Below, one piece after another: positions 52,914 to 54,552 of a DNA stretch of 54,552 nt (position 1 is its first letter; every line of letters begins with the position of its first letter). The translations under genes and the position numbers were made by a program. The stretch is taken from IMG/VR virus record IMGVR_UViG_3300015610_000939; one strand, written 5' to 3'. This stretch comes from an uncultured virus (IMG/VR IMGVR_UViG_3300015610_000939). Taxonomy: Duplodnaviria; Heunggongvirae; Uroviricota; Caudoviricetes. The notes beneath the pieces are model-generated. The model saw nothing but the letters and a program-made list of their open reading frames with translations, did no database searches and was not told the DNA's origin.

Positions 52914-53126
52914 ATGAAGACCGTCTCTCGTCTCTACCCTTGGATCTCGGTGTCCTTCGATGACACTCTTGAGGACATCCAGGAGCTCAGTCATCACTGT
53001 GAGCACTGTGGGGCAACAGGAACGTCTCTGATTGACGACAACCTGACGGGAGTGAAGGGATTTGAGGCGACTCACGGAGCTTGCAGAAAGCAAAAAACGC
53101 AGCCCAGCAAGTTGACAGTGCAGTGA
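52914..53126 (+). CDS. small Cys/His protein
   Basis: 70 aa, HCEHCG...F..TH..C. Confidence 0.45.
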   Translation: MKTVSRLYPWISVSFDDTLEDIQELSHHCEHCGATGTSLIDDNLTGVKGFEATHGACRKQKTQPSKLTVQ

Positions 53127-53129
53127 GGG

Positions 53130-53333
53130 ATGAGTAAGATGTTTGAGAGGTTCTTCAGAAAGGGAGTTCAAGTCGGTCCAATCTATGTCTTTTGCGACTT
53201 GTCTGAAGTGATCAGCAAAGGACCTGTCTGGATCGGATTTGAGGGCATCTACATGTACATGGGAAATTCACTCCCACATCTGTGCTGGGTGATTCTGAAA
53301 GAAAGAATGGATGACAAACACCTCGCTATGTAA
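53130..53333 (+). CDS. hypothetical protein
   Basis: 67 aa. Confidence 0.45.
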   Translation: MSKMFERFFRKGVQVGPIYVFCDLSEVISKGPVWIGFEGIYMYMGNSLPHLCWVILKERMDDKHLAM

Positions 53334-53344
53334 GTGAGGAATAC

Positions 53345-53419
53345 TCGGGATTAGACTAACGGTAGGTCAGCAGTCTTTGAAGCTGCCATGTGAAGGTTCG
53401 AATCCTTCATCCCGAACCA
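53345..53419 (+). tRNA. tRNA-Gln(TTG)
   Basis: GCAGT-CTTTGAA-GCTGC, CCA. Confidence 0.9.
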
Positions 53420-53592
53420 AAGGAAGCCTTCCCGATTGGGACCTCCATGAGAGGTGCAAAGCTTCCTTCACAGACCAATCAAATTGATATTGGATAGCCA
53501 CTTAGGCGCTGGTATCGGTCGGGGGCTCCACCCGAAAATGGGAGTATGGAGCGTCTGTGAGAATCTTCAGGACAACTCATAGTTAAATTCAT

Positions 53593-53663
53593 TCACGCCT
53601 CGTCTAAGGGCAGGACAGCGGTCTCTGAAGCCGTGAATCGGGGTTCAAATCCCTGGGTGTGAA
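53593..53663 (+). tRNA. tRNA-Gln(CTG)
   Basis: GCGGT-CTCTGAA-GCCGT. Confidence 0.88.
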
Positions 53664-53667
53664 CCGT

Positions 53668-54012
53668 CTGTTTCAGACTACCAAGTGGCGACACTTGGAG
53701 CGGGAAACCGCTAACCACGGGCTGTGTGGGCCCATGGTGAAATATCTAAGGTGAAGTAGTGTCGGGGTTCTCTTTGGGATAACAGGCAATTGCCCTAGTT
53801 CCTGTGGTGGGAGCCGTTGGTCGCGCGATCGACGTATGAACAAAGAGAGCTTTGGACCAGTCCTTAAACATCCATCCAACAAAATGGGGCTGAAAAGCCG
53901 CAGGAAGTCTGACCAACGACCTGTTGCCCGGTAGCTAGATCACCTACTGGGGGATTGGCAAACCTTGCTGGTTAAATACAGTCAACTGATGCCGACACTT
54001 TGTCTGAAACAG
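53668..54012 (+). ncRNA. ~345-nt structured ncRNA candidate
   Basis: 11-bp closing helix CTGTTTCAGAC/GTCTGAAACAG, nested AGTGTCGG/CCGACACT, GNRA hairpins. Confidence 0.6.
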
Positions 54013-54025
54013 GCTCTTTCTCTCC

Positions 54026-54097
54026 AGGCGCATAGCTCAACGGCAGAGCACCCCCTCGACACGGGGGAGGTTGAGAGTTCGAATCTCTCTGCGCCTA
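54026..54097 (+). tRNA. tRNA-Val(GAC)
   Basis: CCCCC-TCGACAC-GGGGG. Confidence 0.9.
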
Positions 54098-54144
54098 TCT
54101 TTTCCGATATTGACTCCTCCGAGGGTTGTATTTACCCTTGGAAC

Positions 54145-54333
54145 ATGACACTCGCAAGCAAAGCACTGTTCATCGGAGAGTTCATTGGTTTGACAACCAT
54201 TTTCGTGGTTATGTCTCCAGTGGTTGCCTTGGCAATTCTCTCCGCTGGGTATCACTCAGCCAAGGATGACATTGAAGAGCGAAGGAAGTGGCATGCTGAG
54301 CAGTTGAGGAAGGGTAGGCTTCAGTTCAACTGA
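54145..54333 (+). CDS. small membrane protein
   Basis: 62 aa, one TM; ATG 6 nt after a -10 box. Confidence 0.5.
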   Translation: MTLASKALFIGEFIGLTTIFVVMSPVVALAILSAGYHSAKDDIEERRKWHAEQLRKGRLQFN

Positions 54334-54341
54334 GCTTGATT

Positions 54342-54416
54342 GTCCATGTAGACCAACTGGCAGGAGTCGTTAGTCTCAGAAACTAAACAGTGTGGGTTCG
54401 AATCCCACCATGGACA
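54342..54416 (+). tRNA. tRNA-Leu(CAG)
   Basis: TTAGT-CTCAGAA-ACTAA. Confidence 0.9.
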
Positions 54417-54420
54417 CAAT

Positions 54421-54542
54421 ACACCACCAAGTGTGGCGGAAGTGGTAGACGCATTGACCACAGGTTTCGACCCTGTGCCATTCAGAATTCACTGGCCCAA
54501 AGCAACAGGAATGCCGGTTAAAGTCCGGTCGCTTGGTGGTGT
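54421..54542 (+). ncRNA. tRNA-like RNA with branched structure in place of the anticodon arm
   Basis: 13-bp acceptor-like helix, Leu-type D arm GCG-GAAGTGGTAGA-CGC, T arm GCCGG-TTAAAGT-CCGGT. Confidence 0.55.
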
Positions 54543-54552
54543 AGCTTGGCAA

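Noticed and set aside
1..54552. Stop-codon reassignment (code 15 or 4)
   Set aside because: Conserved genes are full length in code 11, and TAG, TGA and TAA all terminate well-supported genes.
1..54552. CRISPR array, rRNA, IS element
   Set aside because: No regularly spaced direct repeats, rRNA signatures or transposase motifs were seen.

Overview
This window looks like part of a large (jumbo/huge) tailed-phage genome read with the standard genetic code. Bases 1-39.9 kb are densely coding. They hold a probable lysis module (spanin-like and holin-like genes), virion and prohead-like proteins, and many accessory enzymes: a SOD-like C-terminus, an HD/Mesh1-like hydrolase, a kinase, an ATP-grasp protein, RtcB, GroES, NADAR, an amidase, two paralogous zinc peptidases, peptide deformylase, a SLOG/YspA protein, and a VWA + MoxR AAA pair. 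Bases 39.9-54.5 kb are a + strand tRNA/ncRNA array; about 30 near-canonical tRNAs occur in the window, mixed with many structurally altered tRNA derivatives and several large hairpin-rich non-coding segments. The most striking locus is 42881-43574. A tRNA-Arg(UCU) gene is split right after its anticodon by a ~630 bp cassette. The cassette encodes an antisense HNH endonuclease plus a second, non-canonical D-armless tRNA-Arg(UCU). A tRNA-Lys(CUU) of the same D-armless design occurs at 47217. Other recurring oddities are tRNAs whose anticodon loop is replaced by GNRA-capped hairpins, tRNAs with D-loop hairpin insertions, a T-armless Met-like RNA, boxA-like antitermination sites, and a TANTTA-N5-ATG putative late promoter in front of genes with T4-CTS-like N-termini. 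All calls come from reading motifs and folding by eye. No database search or folding program was run.
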